A stretch of DNA of 64,000 bases from assembly GCA_963678315.1 (NCBI GenBank), contig OY782781.1, positions 2,336,001 through 2,400,000 of the forward strand, written 5' to 3'. A program made the translations under genes and the position numbers. This document shows positions 40,558-50,200 of the stretch, in pieces (the stretch's first letter is position 1; each line of letters starts with the position of its first letter). This DNA comes from Candidatus Cloacimonadales bacterium. Lineage in GTDB: Bacteria > Cloacimonadota > Cloacimonadia > Cloacimonadales > JAFGVF01. The notes beneath the pieces are model-generated. The model worked only from the letters and a program-made list of their open reading frames with translations. It did not search any database and was not told the origin of the DNA.

Positions 40558-41418
40558 TTAGAACAACTTATAAGATATTCCTAAACCAGATGTTTGTTTG
40601 AATCTACCAGTTTTATCAATTTCCTTGTCATATTTCCATTCAGTATAAACGTTGAAATTAATATTCTTATAGATTTGCATGCTTAACTCGTTAGTCCATT
40701 TCATATCAACTTGTTTCCAATCATCATCATTATCTGGATCGAGATCATCATTTATATCATCTTCAAGTGAGTTAAAGACTGCTTTATATGCTTCAAATGA
40801 GGAAGAGAATTTTGTTGTTTTGTTAGGGAAAACATATCCAAAGTCAGTAACTAATTCAACACCACCATCATTTCTTGTAGTTTTTTGGTACATGTGTTGT
40901 TGTTTCATTGCAAGACCTAATCTTGAATTCCATTCCATACATTTAGTTTTAACGATTTCACGTGAAATACCAAAAGATTCAGTAACAGTTGCAGGATTAA
41001 AGGCTCTTAATCTTTTACCTTCGAAAACAGTTTGTAAGCGAAGTGCTACAAATGGGTCAACCCAACCGTGTAAAGTAAACAAGCCTAGGGCATTTAAATC
41101 AATTTCATCATCAGATTTAGTAGGTTCTTGCCATCCTGCTTCTTGCATGCCACTTTCATCTTCTTCAGTTTCATATAATTGTCCAAATTTCATCAATAAT
41201 GAATTATCTGATTTAAACCAATCAGTTAATTGTTTCTTAGCTCTCATTTCACCGGAAACTACCCAATTAATTGAACTCTTTTCTGCACCATCCCAGTTAT
41301 CAGTATAGAAACTTTGGTTTAGGTTTCCTTTAAGATCAAAAGAATATTCCCAAGTTTCTTGCCCAAAAGCAAGACCGATAACAACTAGTAATAAACTAAT
41401 CAAAATGACTTTCTTCAT
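40558..41418 (-). CDS. Outer-membrane beta-barrel protein (DUF3078-like)
   Basis: Signal peptide; NLNQSFYTDNW, KSDDEIDL; ends GLGISYKLF. Confidence 0.75.
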   Translation of the reverse strand: MKKVILISLLLVVIGLAFGQETWEYSFDLKGNLNQSFYTDNWDGAEKSSINWVVSGEMRAKKQLTDWFKSDNSLLMKFGQLYETEEDESGMQEAGWQEPTKSDDEIDLNALGLFTLHGWVDPFVALRLQTVFEGKRLRAFNPATVTESFGISREIVKTKCMEWNSRLGLAMKQQHMYQKTTRNDGGVELVTDFGYVFPNKTTKFSSSFEAYKAVFNSLEDDINDDLDPDNDDDWKQVDMKWTNELSMQIYKNINFNVYTEWKYDKEIDKTGRFKQTSGLGISYKLF

Positions 41419-41420
41419 AA

Positions 41421-42620
41421 TTACTCCTTTATATTTTGTACTAGAGAAGTGTAAAATGCAACAGATTTGATTAAATCACCTCTCTTAACTTTTTCATTTG
41501 GAGCATGAGCTTGATCCTCATCTCCAGGGCCAAAACCAATACATTTTATTTCAGGGTGTTTACCCATTATAAACACGCAGTTTGTACTGAAAGTCCATTT
41601 ATCAATTATTGGCTCTGCATTAAATATATCAATATAAGCTCTTTTTGCAAATTTTAAATATTTAGAGTCTTCATTTAACAGCCAAGTAGGGTAATATTTC
41701 TCAACAGGGTATACTTTTCCTGTATATGCTTTTTCATGATAGTTAAGGACTTTTACTTTAGCATTAGGATATCCTGCTTTCTTACAACAATCTTCTAATT
41801 CCTGAACTGCTATTTCTTTGGTTTCACCAAGAGTTAAGCGTCTATCTACTTGTAAATAAACATAGTCAGAAACAGCACATTGTGAAGGAGAATCTGATTT
41901 CATCACAGAAACTGTTATAGTTCCTTTACCTAAGAAATCATCATGCCTTAATCTATCGTTAAGCTTTTCTATTTCCAGAGCGATTCTTGACATTTTGTAA
42001 ATAGCATTATCACCTCTTTCTGGAGCAGAGCCATGGCAAGATATACCATTAACCTCAATAGATATCTCCATACGTCCTCTATGCCCTCTGTAGATGTTAC
42101 AGCTGGTTGGTTCTGTACTAACGACTAATTCGGGAATAATCTTATCTTCTTTAATCATATGCTCCCAAGCAATACCATCGCAATCTTCTTCCATAACTGT
42201 CCCTGTAAACAACAGAGTAAAGTCATCTTGAAGATTTAGCTCTTTCATTAGATAGCCGGCATATATCATGGATGCGAGCCCACTCTTCTGATCTGAAGTT
42301 CCCCTGCCATATATATAGGTATCATCTATTTTACCTGAATATGGTGGTAAGTCCCAGTTAGATAAATTTCCTTCGTATACTGTATCAATATGGGCATCAA
42401 AAGCAATAATTCTTTGACCTGAACCAATACGACCAATTATAGAACCTAAAGCATCAATTCTTACTTCATCAAATCCTAACTTTTCCATCTCGTCTTTTAT
42501 TAACAGAACGACATCTTTCTCTTTACCTGAATATGATTTGCATTGGATTAATCTACTTAAGAATTCTGCGACTTGTGGTTCTAATTCTTTTGCTCTATTT
42601 AATATTTTATTCTCTGCCAT
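41421..42620 (-). CDS. ygeY: YgeY-family M20 hydrolase
   Basis: DAHIDTV, GRGTSDQK, TVMEEDCDG, GHRGRME, SCHGSAPERG, KWTFSTN, AHAPNE. Confidence 0.92.
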   Translation of the reverse strand: MAENKILNRAKELEPQVAEFLSRLIQCKSYSGKEKDVVLLIKDEMEKLGFDEVRIDALGSIIGRIGSGQRIIAFDAHIDTVYEGNLSNWDLPPYSGKIDDTYIYGRGTSDQKSGLASMIYAGYLMKELNLQDDFTLLFTGTVMEEDCDGIAWEHMIKEDKIIPELVVSTEPTSCNIYRGHRGRMEISIEVNGISCHGSAPERGDNAIYKMSRIALEIEKLNDRLRHDDFLGKGTITVSVMKSDSPSQCAVSDYVYLQVDRRLTLGETKEIAVQELEDCCKKAGYPNAKVKVLNYHEKAYTGKVYPVEKYYPTWLLNEDSKYLKFAKRAYIDIFNAEPIIDKWTFSTNCVFIMGKHPEIKCIGFGPGDEDQAHAPNEKVKRGDLIKSVAFYTSLVQNIKE

Positions 42621-43939
42621 TATAATCTCTCCCATAGTTTTTGTGCTAGTTCCCTTGACCTTTTATTAATGTCCTTCTCATTTAACCTATCTGTTAGTTT
42701 ATTGTTGTGCCACAAAATCTCCCCATTAGAAATGGTAGTTGATACATTTGCTTCTGCTAGACCGAAGATTAAGTGACCATAGTAGTTTGTTGCATTAAGT
42801 GGGGTAATTGGGTCATAATCAAGTAGTATCAAATCAGCTTGATAGCCCTCTTTTACCTTGCCTAAAGTGTATTCTTTCCAAATATTATTAGCAATGACAT
42901 AATTGTTAGAATAAAGAGTTGAAGCTACTTCTCCAAAGCCAATGCTTGGATTCTTATTTATCAGATGCTGTAGCCACAAAGAAGTTCTGACTTCTTGCCC
43001 CATTGAGTTAGTCATAGCATCGGTTCCTAATCCTACAAGAAGGCCTTTGTTTATCATCTTAGTAATATTAGCAATACCAACTGCATTATTAGCATTAGAT
43101 TGAGGATTATGCACAACTTTAGCCTTATATTTAGCTATTATATCCATATCTTCATCAGAAACATGAGTGCAGTGACCTAGAATAGTATTTTCATTTAACA
43201 TTCCATGATCAAGTAATCTTTTTACAACAGACATGCCATATTTACTTTGAGAATCTTCTTCGTCAGCTAAATCTTCTGAGACATGAATATGGTAACCTAT
43301 ATTATTTGAATTAGCTTTAATAATATCTTTTAACGTATTATTATTCAATGTAAAAGAAGCATGAAGTCCAAACAGTGATTTAACATTCTTGGAAATACAT
43401 AGATTACTAAAATCAACATTTTCTTTTATTCCTTCTTGGCATATAGCTTGACCATCTCTATCAGAAACTTCATAAGCTAGGCAGGATTTAATTCCAACAT
43501 GTTCACTTGCCTTCTTAATTTCAGATAATGACCCTGTAATAGCGAAAGGACTTGCATGATGATCAATAAAGCTGGTAACACCTTTTTTAACTCCATCTAT
43601 CATAGCAACTAAAGCACTGTAGTAAACATCCTCAAGGGTTAGCTTTTTGTCTAATCGCCACCACATATTCTCTAGTACTTCAACAAAGTTATCTGAACTA
43701 CTTATTCCTGTTATTCCTTTAGCAAAACTGCTATAGAAATGTGTGTGTGCGTTTACATAACTTGGCATCAATACCTTGTAAGATCCATCGATAACTACAT
43801 CATAATCACCTTCAGGAAGCTTGTTGTCAGAAGTAATATTCTTTATTTTGTCTCCTGAAACAATAACATTGCATCTTTCAATAAATGGATTTGATTCATC
43901 AAAAGTAATCACTTTAGCATTTTTAATTAGAATATTCAT
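42620..43939 (-). CDS. ssnA: SsnA-family aminohydrolase
   Basis: NAHTHFYS, WWRLDKKL, IDHHASP, YEVSDRDG, GLHASFT, HNPQSNANNAVG, GTD. Confidence 0.92.
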   Translation of the reverse strand: MNILIKNAKVITFDESNPFIERCNVIVSGDKIKNITSDNKLPEGDYDVVIDGSYKVLMPSYVNAHTHFYSSFAKGITGISSSDNFVEVLENMWWRLDKKLTLEDVYYSALVAMIDGVKKGVTSFIDHHASPFAITGSLSEIKKASEHVGIKSCLAYEVSDRDGQAICQEGIKENVDFSNLCISKNVKSLFGLHASFTLNNNTLKDIIKANSNNIGYHIHVSEDLADEEDSQSKYGMSVVKRLLDHGMLNENTILGHCTHVSDEDMDIIAKYKAKVVHNPQSNANNAVGIANITKMINKGLLVGLGTDAMTNSMGQEVRTSLWLQHLINKNPSIGFGEVASTLYSNNYVIANNIWKEYTLGKVKEGYQADLILLDYDPITPLNATNYYGHLIFGLAEANVSTTISNGEILWHNNKLTDRLNEKDINKRSRELAQKLWERL

Positions 43940-46398
43940 TAATCCCTCCATTCTTCTTTAGTGCGCTCTCTCATAAATAAGGCTTTACTGAAGCACTTTT
44001 GAACACAGATTGAGCATCCGATACATCTTGTTGCATCAGTAACAGGTATTTTATTATCATCTAGACTTATAGCTAAATAAGGACATCTTGTGCAATTACC
44101 ACAATGCTGACATAAATCAGGCTCTACATCGGAAATCCTCTTTATAGGAGAGATATCCATGAAGTCTTGTATTGGTTTTGGTAAGGCTTTACCAATAAGT
44201 TTATCTATATCTTTTATACCTTTTTCTAGCATTAAATACTTTAGCCCTTGCTTTAAGTCTCCTATGTAATCAAAACCTTTCTTCATAACTGCTGTACAAA
44301 TCTGTACTGTTTGACACCCTAATGCTAAGAAGTTGGCAGCATCTAAATAAGTCATTACTCCACCATTACCTGATATTATCATTTCTTCAGAGGAAGCTTT
44401 AGCTAATGTTAAGTTTGATATATATTTCACTGCATCACCAGACATACCTATCATTACTCCATCATCCCATTCTTTTTTGACATCTTGTCTGAAGTCTACA
44501 GCTGGGAATGAGTTAGCCAGGGTAACACCTGCTTTCTTATTTGGATACTTATTTAATACAGCTTTGATAGCCTTAAGAATAGGATTAATCGAAGTAACTG
44601 CACCTGTTAACTTAAATAACTTAGGTATGTTTGGGTCACTAACTTCCAGAATCCAATCAACTACTTTAGCTGTTAAAGCAGGATTTTGAGATACTATATC
44701 CCCTTCTGTGCCATCACCACCTTGTGGACATGACAAGCTATATTCGATTCCACCTACTCCAATTGCTTCTATCATTTTAGTGTTAGATTGCCAAACTAGC
44801 TTATCCTCAGAGTCGTTACCTGTTACAGGTCCACCTGTTGAAACTATGGTTAACTTCTCAGGGAATTCTTCAATCAGCCTCTTAGCATCAGCTAGTACTT
44901 GCTTTAAAGGAATTTCTGATACATTATCACAATTTGCATAAGTATCATCATTAAGTTTAAACATATAATCATGTGGAATATGAATATCTAAATCATCAAA
45001 TGCTGTTTTCATAACAGCACCTGACCATCCAGCTTTATACGCTTTTGCCACTTGCTCATATCCATCACTTGGTGGAGCAGCAGACAATAGATAAGGAGAA
45101 TCTATTTTCCTTCCAAAGAAGTCACTTTCTAAAGATATTTCATCAGTTGTAGAATCATTAAGCTCATAAAATGATTTGCATTTATTACTTGTATCAAGGT
45201 CAATGTATGAAGGTTTAAAGCAGTTAAGTACATTGATAGCACAGTTCCTACCATCGGCAACTGCTTCAACGACTGTCGTAGCATTATTCTTCATATCTCC
45301 ACAATAGAATAACTTATCATCATCTTTCTTTATAATGCTAGTTTTAGAACCAACAGCAAAAACGACATAGTCATAAAACATAGAATGGAAATCTGAGTTA
45401 GCTATTCTTTCTATCTTATCTAATCTAAATTCTTCTGAATCCATCATAACTCTCTGACAATGAAGCTTTAAACCATCAAGGTCTTTTTCTATTTCTTTTA
45501 CAGAAGTTCGGAAGTATATTCCAAATTTATTATTGAAGAACTCTGCTTTTTCATCACGACTTAGGTTCATCTCTGATAACATTTCCAGCATATAGAAGTC
45601 AATATATTCAGCATTTAGTGCTTTTGATTTAAGTGCGCAATCTATTGCAACAGCTCCACCTCCAATAATCGCCACTCTAGAATTCTCTTCTATATCATTG
45701 GCTGATAGAAATGACTTCCAGTCATGGGCATAGTCTTTACCATGAATATTAAGTTTGATAGCTTCATCTTGACCTGAAGCAATTACAACAGCATCATAGA
45801 TTGATTTAAACTTATCAATATCGTATATTGCAGTATTATTATAGACTCTTATGCTATCATGATTTATAGCATTATCAATATCAGAAGATAATGTATCTCT
45901 ATGCAATCTACTTTCAGGTATGTAATTACACATTCCTCCAAGTTCTTTATCACTTTCAAAAATATCTACCTTACAACCTTCATGTGCCAGAATATTAGCA
46001 CAAGCAATCCCTGCAGGTCCTCCCCCTATTATACCAACACGCTTATTAATATCTTTCTTTGTAGTAAATTGAGCTTTAAATCCTAATTCCTTGCCTTTCT
46101 TAATAATTGTTGATTGTATCTCAGGTATCTTGATTGGATTATCAAAATTAACTCTTGAACAAGCTGCCATACAATGATAATCAGGGCATACAGAACCGCA
46201 GATTCCCCCCAATATGTTCTTACTTAGGATAATAGAACTAGCCCTTTTGTAATCACTGTCTTTTCCTACTCTTATTGCTTCAATAAAATCTGCCGGAGAA
46301 CAGTTTACTGGACAGGCATCCATACAAGGTTTTTCTTCACAAAATAAACATCTATCTAATTCACTTAATAGTTGACCATGAGTTAAAACATTTCCCAT
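43939..46398 (-). CDS. Single-chain dihydropyrimidine-dehydrogenase-like oxidoreductase (PreT+PreA fusion)
   Basis: N-terminal RCLFC..PC...CP and CGSVCP Fe-S motifs; GGGPAG and GGGAVA dinucleotide motifs; FMN barrel with SLSCP; C-terminal 2x[4Fe-4S] ferredoxin. Confidence 0.88.
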   Translation of the reverse strand: MGNVLTHGQLLSELDRCLFCEEKPCMDACPVNCSPADFIEAIRVGKDSDYKRASSIILSKNILGGICGSVCPDYHCMAACSRVNFDNPIKIPEIQSTIIKKGKELGFKAQFTTKKDINKRVGIIGGGPAGIACANILAHEGCKVDIFESDKELGGMCNYIPESRLHRDTLSSDIDNAINHDSIRVYNNTAIYDIDKFKSIYDAVVIASGQDEAIKLNIHGKDYAHDWKSFLSANDIEENSRVAIIGGGAVAIDCALKSKALNAEYIDFYMLEMLSEMNLSRDEKAEFFNNKFGIYFRTSVKEIEKDLDGLKLHCQRVMMDSEEFRLDKIERIANSDFHSMFYDYVVFAVGSKTSIIKKDDDKLFYCGDMKNNATTVVEAVADGRNCAINVLNCFKPSYIDLDTSNKCKSFYELNDSTTDEISLESDFFGRKIDSPYLLSAAPPSDGYEQVAKAYKAGWSGAVMKTAFDDLDIHIPHDYMFKLNDDTYANCDNVSEIPLKQVLADAKRLIEEFPEKLTIVSTGGPVTGNDSEDKLVWQSNTKMIEAIGVGGIEYSLSCPQGGDGTEGDIVSQNPALTAKVVDWILEVSDPNIPKLFKLTGAVTSINPILKAIKAVLNKYPNKKAGVTLANSFPAVDFRQDVKKEWDDGVMIGMSGDAVKYISNLTLAKASSEEMIISGNGGVMTYLDAANFLALGCQTVQICTAVMKKGFDYIGDLKQGLKYLMLEKGIKDIDKLIGKALPKPIQDFMDISPIKRISDVEPDLCQHCGNCTRCPYLAISLDDNKIPVTDATRCIGCSICVQKCFSKALFMRERTKEEWRD

Positions 46399-46399
46399 C

Positions 46400-48694
46400 C
46401 TATACTCCTTTGCACTCTTCTATCGCCATCAAAACAGCCTCTGGTGTTGCTGGCATTCTTAGGTTAATTTCATCAGGTTTATTTGTTAAATAACTAATTG
46501 CATTCATGATAGATAACCAACCAGCTAATCCATATAGGAAAGGTGGTTCTCCAACTGCTTTCGAGCCTAATACACTAGCTTTTATATCATCTCTATATAC
46601 ATAATCTATTTTGAATTCTTCTGGAATATCATTTATTGTAGGAATCTTGTAAGTAGAAGGAGTAGAAGAAATATTCTGTCCTTTTTCATTAAATTTTACT
46701 TCTTCCATAGTACAATAACCAAGACCTTGAACCAAAGCCCCATATATCTGACCTTCATCAATATCTCTATTTAATGAATTACCATTGTCATGAACAACAT
46801 ATATCTTCTTGAAAACATAGTTACCTGTTAATAGGTCAATTTCACTAACTATTAGACAAGCTCCAAAGACATAATAAAAGAATGGTGTTCCCTTTCCTTT
46901 CTCCTTGTTGAAGCCAACTCCAGGTGTCTTATAGAAGCCATGAGCCCCTAAGTCTACACGTTTCATATAGGCAATTTTAGCTAGCTCTGGAAAATCTATA
47001 CTAATTTGTTTATTCTTCTTCCAATATACTTTATTCTCCTCAAAAACTACATGGTCTTTATCAATTTGACAATTAGCCTGTTCCTCAAAAATATCTATTG
47101 CAACATCAATCAGTCTATCTTTCAAAATCTCACAGGCAATCTTAGTAGCGTTACCGTTTAAATCTGTTCCTGAGGATGCTGCTGTTGGTGAAGAATTACC
47201 AATTCTCTTTGTATTGGTACTTTCATTCCTTACCCTATCTGAGGAAACACCTAAAGTTCTACATACAACCGATACAATCTTAGTATATAATTGCTGACCC
47301 ATTTCAATGCCACCATGACTCAAGGAAATAGACCCGTCGGAATATATCCAAACTAACGAAGAACCTTGATTTAGGAATCCTGCTGTAAATGATATACCAA
47401 ACTTGCCGGGTATTATTCCTATTCCCTGCTTCTTATATTTATTACTTTTGTTAAAGACATTTACTTGCTCTTTTAGTTGGCTATAGTTTGAGATTTCTTC
47501 TAATTTATCTAAAGCTTCTAAGCCTAAAGCATCGAATACTTCCATGCCGTAGTGTGCTTTATCCCCTTTTTTATAGATGTTTCTTTTTCTAATCTCAAGT
47601 CTGTCAATCCCAAGTTTATAAGCAATTCTCTCAATAGCAGCTTCAGTAGTAAGTATTGCTTGGGGAGCTCCAAAACCTCTAAATGCTGTATTAGGAGGAA
47701 GGTTTGTTCTATATGAATTACCATATACTTCTAGATTAGCTATATAATAGCCACTGTCTATATGCAGAAGTCCTCTTTCTAGAATTGCATGAGAGAGGTC
47801 GATAAAAGCGCCTCCATTTGATCTAAGATAAACACTGTAATCTAAGATTTGACCATCTTTGCTATAGGCTACTTTATACTTATTTTTGAATTGATGTCGT
47901 TTACCAGTCCATGAAACATCGTCTTTTCTTTCAAGTTCTAAATAAACAGGCTTTTTCATTACTGAAGACGCTAGAGTTGTCAACGATGCCCAGAGTGTAG
48001 CTTGTGCTTCTTTTCCTCCAAAAGCACCACCCAGCCTTCTTACATCAACGGTTATATGATTTGAAGCTAAGCCTAAGATTCGGCTACAAACATCTTGTAT
48101 CTCAGAAACACCCTGAGTAGAGCTATATACTGTGTAATAATCATTTTCTTCTGGAATTGTTAAACATCTTTGTGTTTCAAAATAGAAATGTTCTTGGAAA
48201 CCTACTTCTAATTCTCCAGATATTTCTCCAGCGACTTCTTCAATCTTGTTATCCTTACGGATTATCTTTCTTGCTTCAGTGTATTCCAAACCTGCAGCAA
48301 TGGCATCATCAAGCTCAGTATATGCTGGTAGCTCTTCATATTCAACCTGTATCTTTCTGCTTAGGATTATTGATTTTTCTCTGTCATCTGTTATTATTAA
48401 GGCAATAGGCTGTCCCACATATGTAACTATATCATCAGGAAGTAGAGGTTGATAGTCTCCATTTCCATGAGCAATATCATTTTTACCAGGTATATCTTGA
48501 GCTTTTATAATTTTATAATCGTAGCCTTCTTTATCTATCTTGTCTGTGTTAATATTAATTATTTTCCCTTTAGCAAGAGAGCTAACTATTGGATAGGCAT
48601 ATAAACAGTTATACTCATGAGTTTTATTTTTTATAAAAGTTGATAAGCCTGTAACATGCAGTTTTCCCGATAAGTGCTTCATGTTATTCTTCAT
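46400..48694 (-). CDS. xdhB: Xanthine dehydrogenase molybdopterin-binding subunit
   Basis: QEHFYFE, GGAFGGKE, LERGLLH, TAFRGFG, FGISFT, SPTAASSG, SKAVGEPP: the canonical XDH active-site set. Confidence 0.92.
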   Translation of the reverse strand: MKNNMKHLSGKLHVTGLSTFIKNKTHEYNCLYAYPIVSSLAKGKIININTDKIDKEGYDYKIIKAQDIPGKNDIAHGNGDYQPLLPDDIVTYVGQPIALIITDDREKSIILSRKIQVEYEELPAYTELDDAIAAGLEYTEARKIIRKDNKIEEVAGEISGELEVGFQEHFYFETQRCLTIPEENDYYTVYSSTQGVSEIQDVCSRILGLASNHITVDVRRLGGAFGGKEAQATLWASLTTLASSVMKKPVYLELERKDDVSWTGKRHQFKNKYKVAYSKDGQILDYSVYLRSNGGAFIDLSHAILERGLLHIDSGYYIANLEVYGNSYRTNLPPNTAFRGFGAPQAILTTEAAIERIAYKLGIDRLEIRKRNIYKKGDKAHYGMEVFDALGLEALDKLEEISNYSQLKEQVNVFNKSNKYKKQGIGIIPGKFGISFTAGFLNQGSSLVWIYSDGSISLSHGGIEMGQQLYTKIVSVVCRTLGVSSDRVRNESTNTKRIGNSSPTAASSGTDLNGNATKIACEILKDRLIDVAIDIFEEQANCQIDKDHVVFEENKVYWKKNKQISIDFPELAKIAYMKRVDLGAHGFYKTPGVGFNKEKGKGTPFFYYVFGACLIVSEIDLLTGNYVFKKIYVVHDNGNSLNRDIDEGQIYGALVQGLGYCTMEEVKFNEKGQNISSTPSTYKIPTINDIPEEFKIDYVYRDDIKASVLGSKAVGEPPFLYGLAGWLSIMNAISYLTNKPDEINLRMPATPEAVLMAIEECKGV

Positions 48695-50163
48695 CTTTTA
48701 TACTCCTCTTGTAGTCTGTTTAAGTGCTTTATAATATGATTTCTAATAAGAACTTGTCTAAATTCACGACTTCCCCTCACATCACTAATTGGTGTAAACT
48801 CATTCTCAATTTCACTAGCTATAAGATTAATATCTAAATCTTCAATTCTTTGATTAATTATCTTAGTAGGAATACTTATGCTTAATTTAGGATATGCAGC
48901 AACACCACCAAATGAGAATCTTGATATTCCAATACGACCTTTTTGAAAATGTATTGAAGCAAAGGAGCAAACTGAAGAAATATCTAATGTAATTCTTTTA
49001 GAAGATTTTATAAAGCTATGAAAGACAGATTCTTCTAAAGGTATTTTAATTTCTTTTATAATCTCATTATTGATTAGAACTGTCTCTTTGTATCCTTTAT
49101 AGAATTGATCTATAGAAACTTCTCTTTCACCATCTAGTCCAAACAAGACTAGCCTAGCATTTAGTCCTACTAAAGCTGTAGCACAATCACCGACTGGTGA
49201 TGCATTGCCTATATTTCCTCCAATAGAAGCAATATTCCTAATCTGCTTAGAAGCCATCTTTGAAACAACTTTGCTTAATATTGGTAATTTATCTAGTACT
49301 GTCATATCAGTCCTAATGGACTCCAAACTTGTACATGCCCCAATGATTAGATTAGAATCTTTGCATTCAATCTTCTTGAGTTCGGGAATATAGCTAATAT
49401 CCAAGTAATTCTTAAAGTAGTTTTTGGCAATATTACCAACCACATATAAATCAGTAGCCCCAGCTACTACCTTAAACAGCCCTTTGCCCTTAAGTTTATT
49501 AACCATTTCTAGATATTTATCAAGACTTTTAACAAGATAGTAACCATCAATATTTTTTATTAGATGTTGCTCATTTTCAACATCTTTTGTTTCGTAAGTT
49601 AATTCTTTTAACTTTGATATACCAGTAGAAAGGAAATCAAGTAGTTCACTTTTTGCATGTTCATTATAGTAATTCAATATTTTTTTTAGTCCTTGAATAA
49701 TATGAACATAGCCTGTACATCTACATAAATTACCTTCTAAAGATTTCTTCAATTCCTCGTAAGTATAGTCATTTTCATTTGCTAAATAAGAGAAAATTGA
49801 CATTATAATACCCGGTGTACAGTATCCACATTGAGTACCATAATTATCATATAAGATTCTTTGAATTGGATGTAACTTCTCAGGATTATCCCCCATACCT
49901 TCAACAGTCACGACCATGCAATTATTTATCTTTTCTGCTGGCAAGATACAGGAGTTAACTGCTCTATAAATCACATTACCTGTATTCTTATTGTAGCGCC
50001 CAAGTGTTATGGTACATGCACCACAATCACCTTCATTACATGCCTTTTTTGTCCCTAGAAACCTATATTCTTCTTGTAATAACTCTAATAATGTTGTCCC
50101 AGGTTTTATTGTTACTGTTTTAACATCATTATTTAGAATAAATTTAATCTTTCTTTCAATCAT
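48691..50163 (-). CDS. xdhA: Xanthine dehydrogenase small subunit (2Fe-2S plus FAD)
   Basis: CNEGDCGAC, QCGYCTPG, NLCRCTGY, AGATD, QIRNIASIGGNI, PISDVRGS. Confidence 0.92.
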   Translation of the reverse strand: MIERKIKFILNNDVKTVTIKPGTTLLELLQEEYRFLGTKKACNEGDCGACTITLGRYNKNTGNVIYRAVNSCILPAEKINNCMVVTVEGMGDNPEKLHPIQRILYDNYGTQCGYCTPGIIMSIFSYLANENDYTYEELKKSLEGNLCRCTGYVHIIQGLKKILNYYNEHAKSELLDFLSTGISKLKELTYETKDVENEQHLIKNIDGYYLVKSLDKYLEMVNKLKGKGLFKVVAGATDLYVVGNIAKNYFKNYLDISYIPELKKIECKDSNLIIGACTSLESIRTDMTVLDKLPILSKVVSKMASKQIRNIASIGGNIGNASPVGDCATALVGLNARLVLFGLDGEREVSIDQFYKGYKETVLINNEIIKEIKIPLEESVFHSFIKSSKRITLDISSVCSFASIHFQKGRIGISRFSFGGVAAYPKLSISIPTKIINQRIEDLDINLIASEIENEFTPISDVRGSREFRQVLIRNHIIKHLNRLQEEYKR

Positions 50164-50200
50164 AAAACCTCTATTAACTGATTATGCTTAATGATTTATC

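Noticed and set aside
40679..41308. 209-aa plus-strand ORF, and other short overlapping ORFs (for example 2367-2660, 6866-7153, 40090-40584, 44477-44941, 48157-48452)
   Set aside because: These are antisense or alternative-frame shadows of well-supported genes, with low-complexity Ser/Leu/Phe-rich translations.
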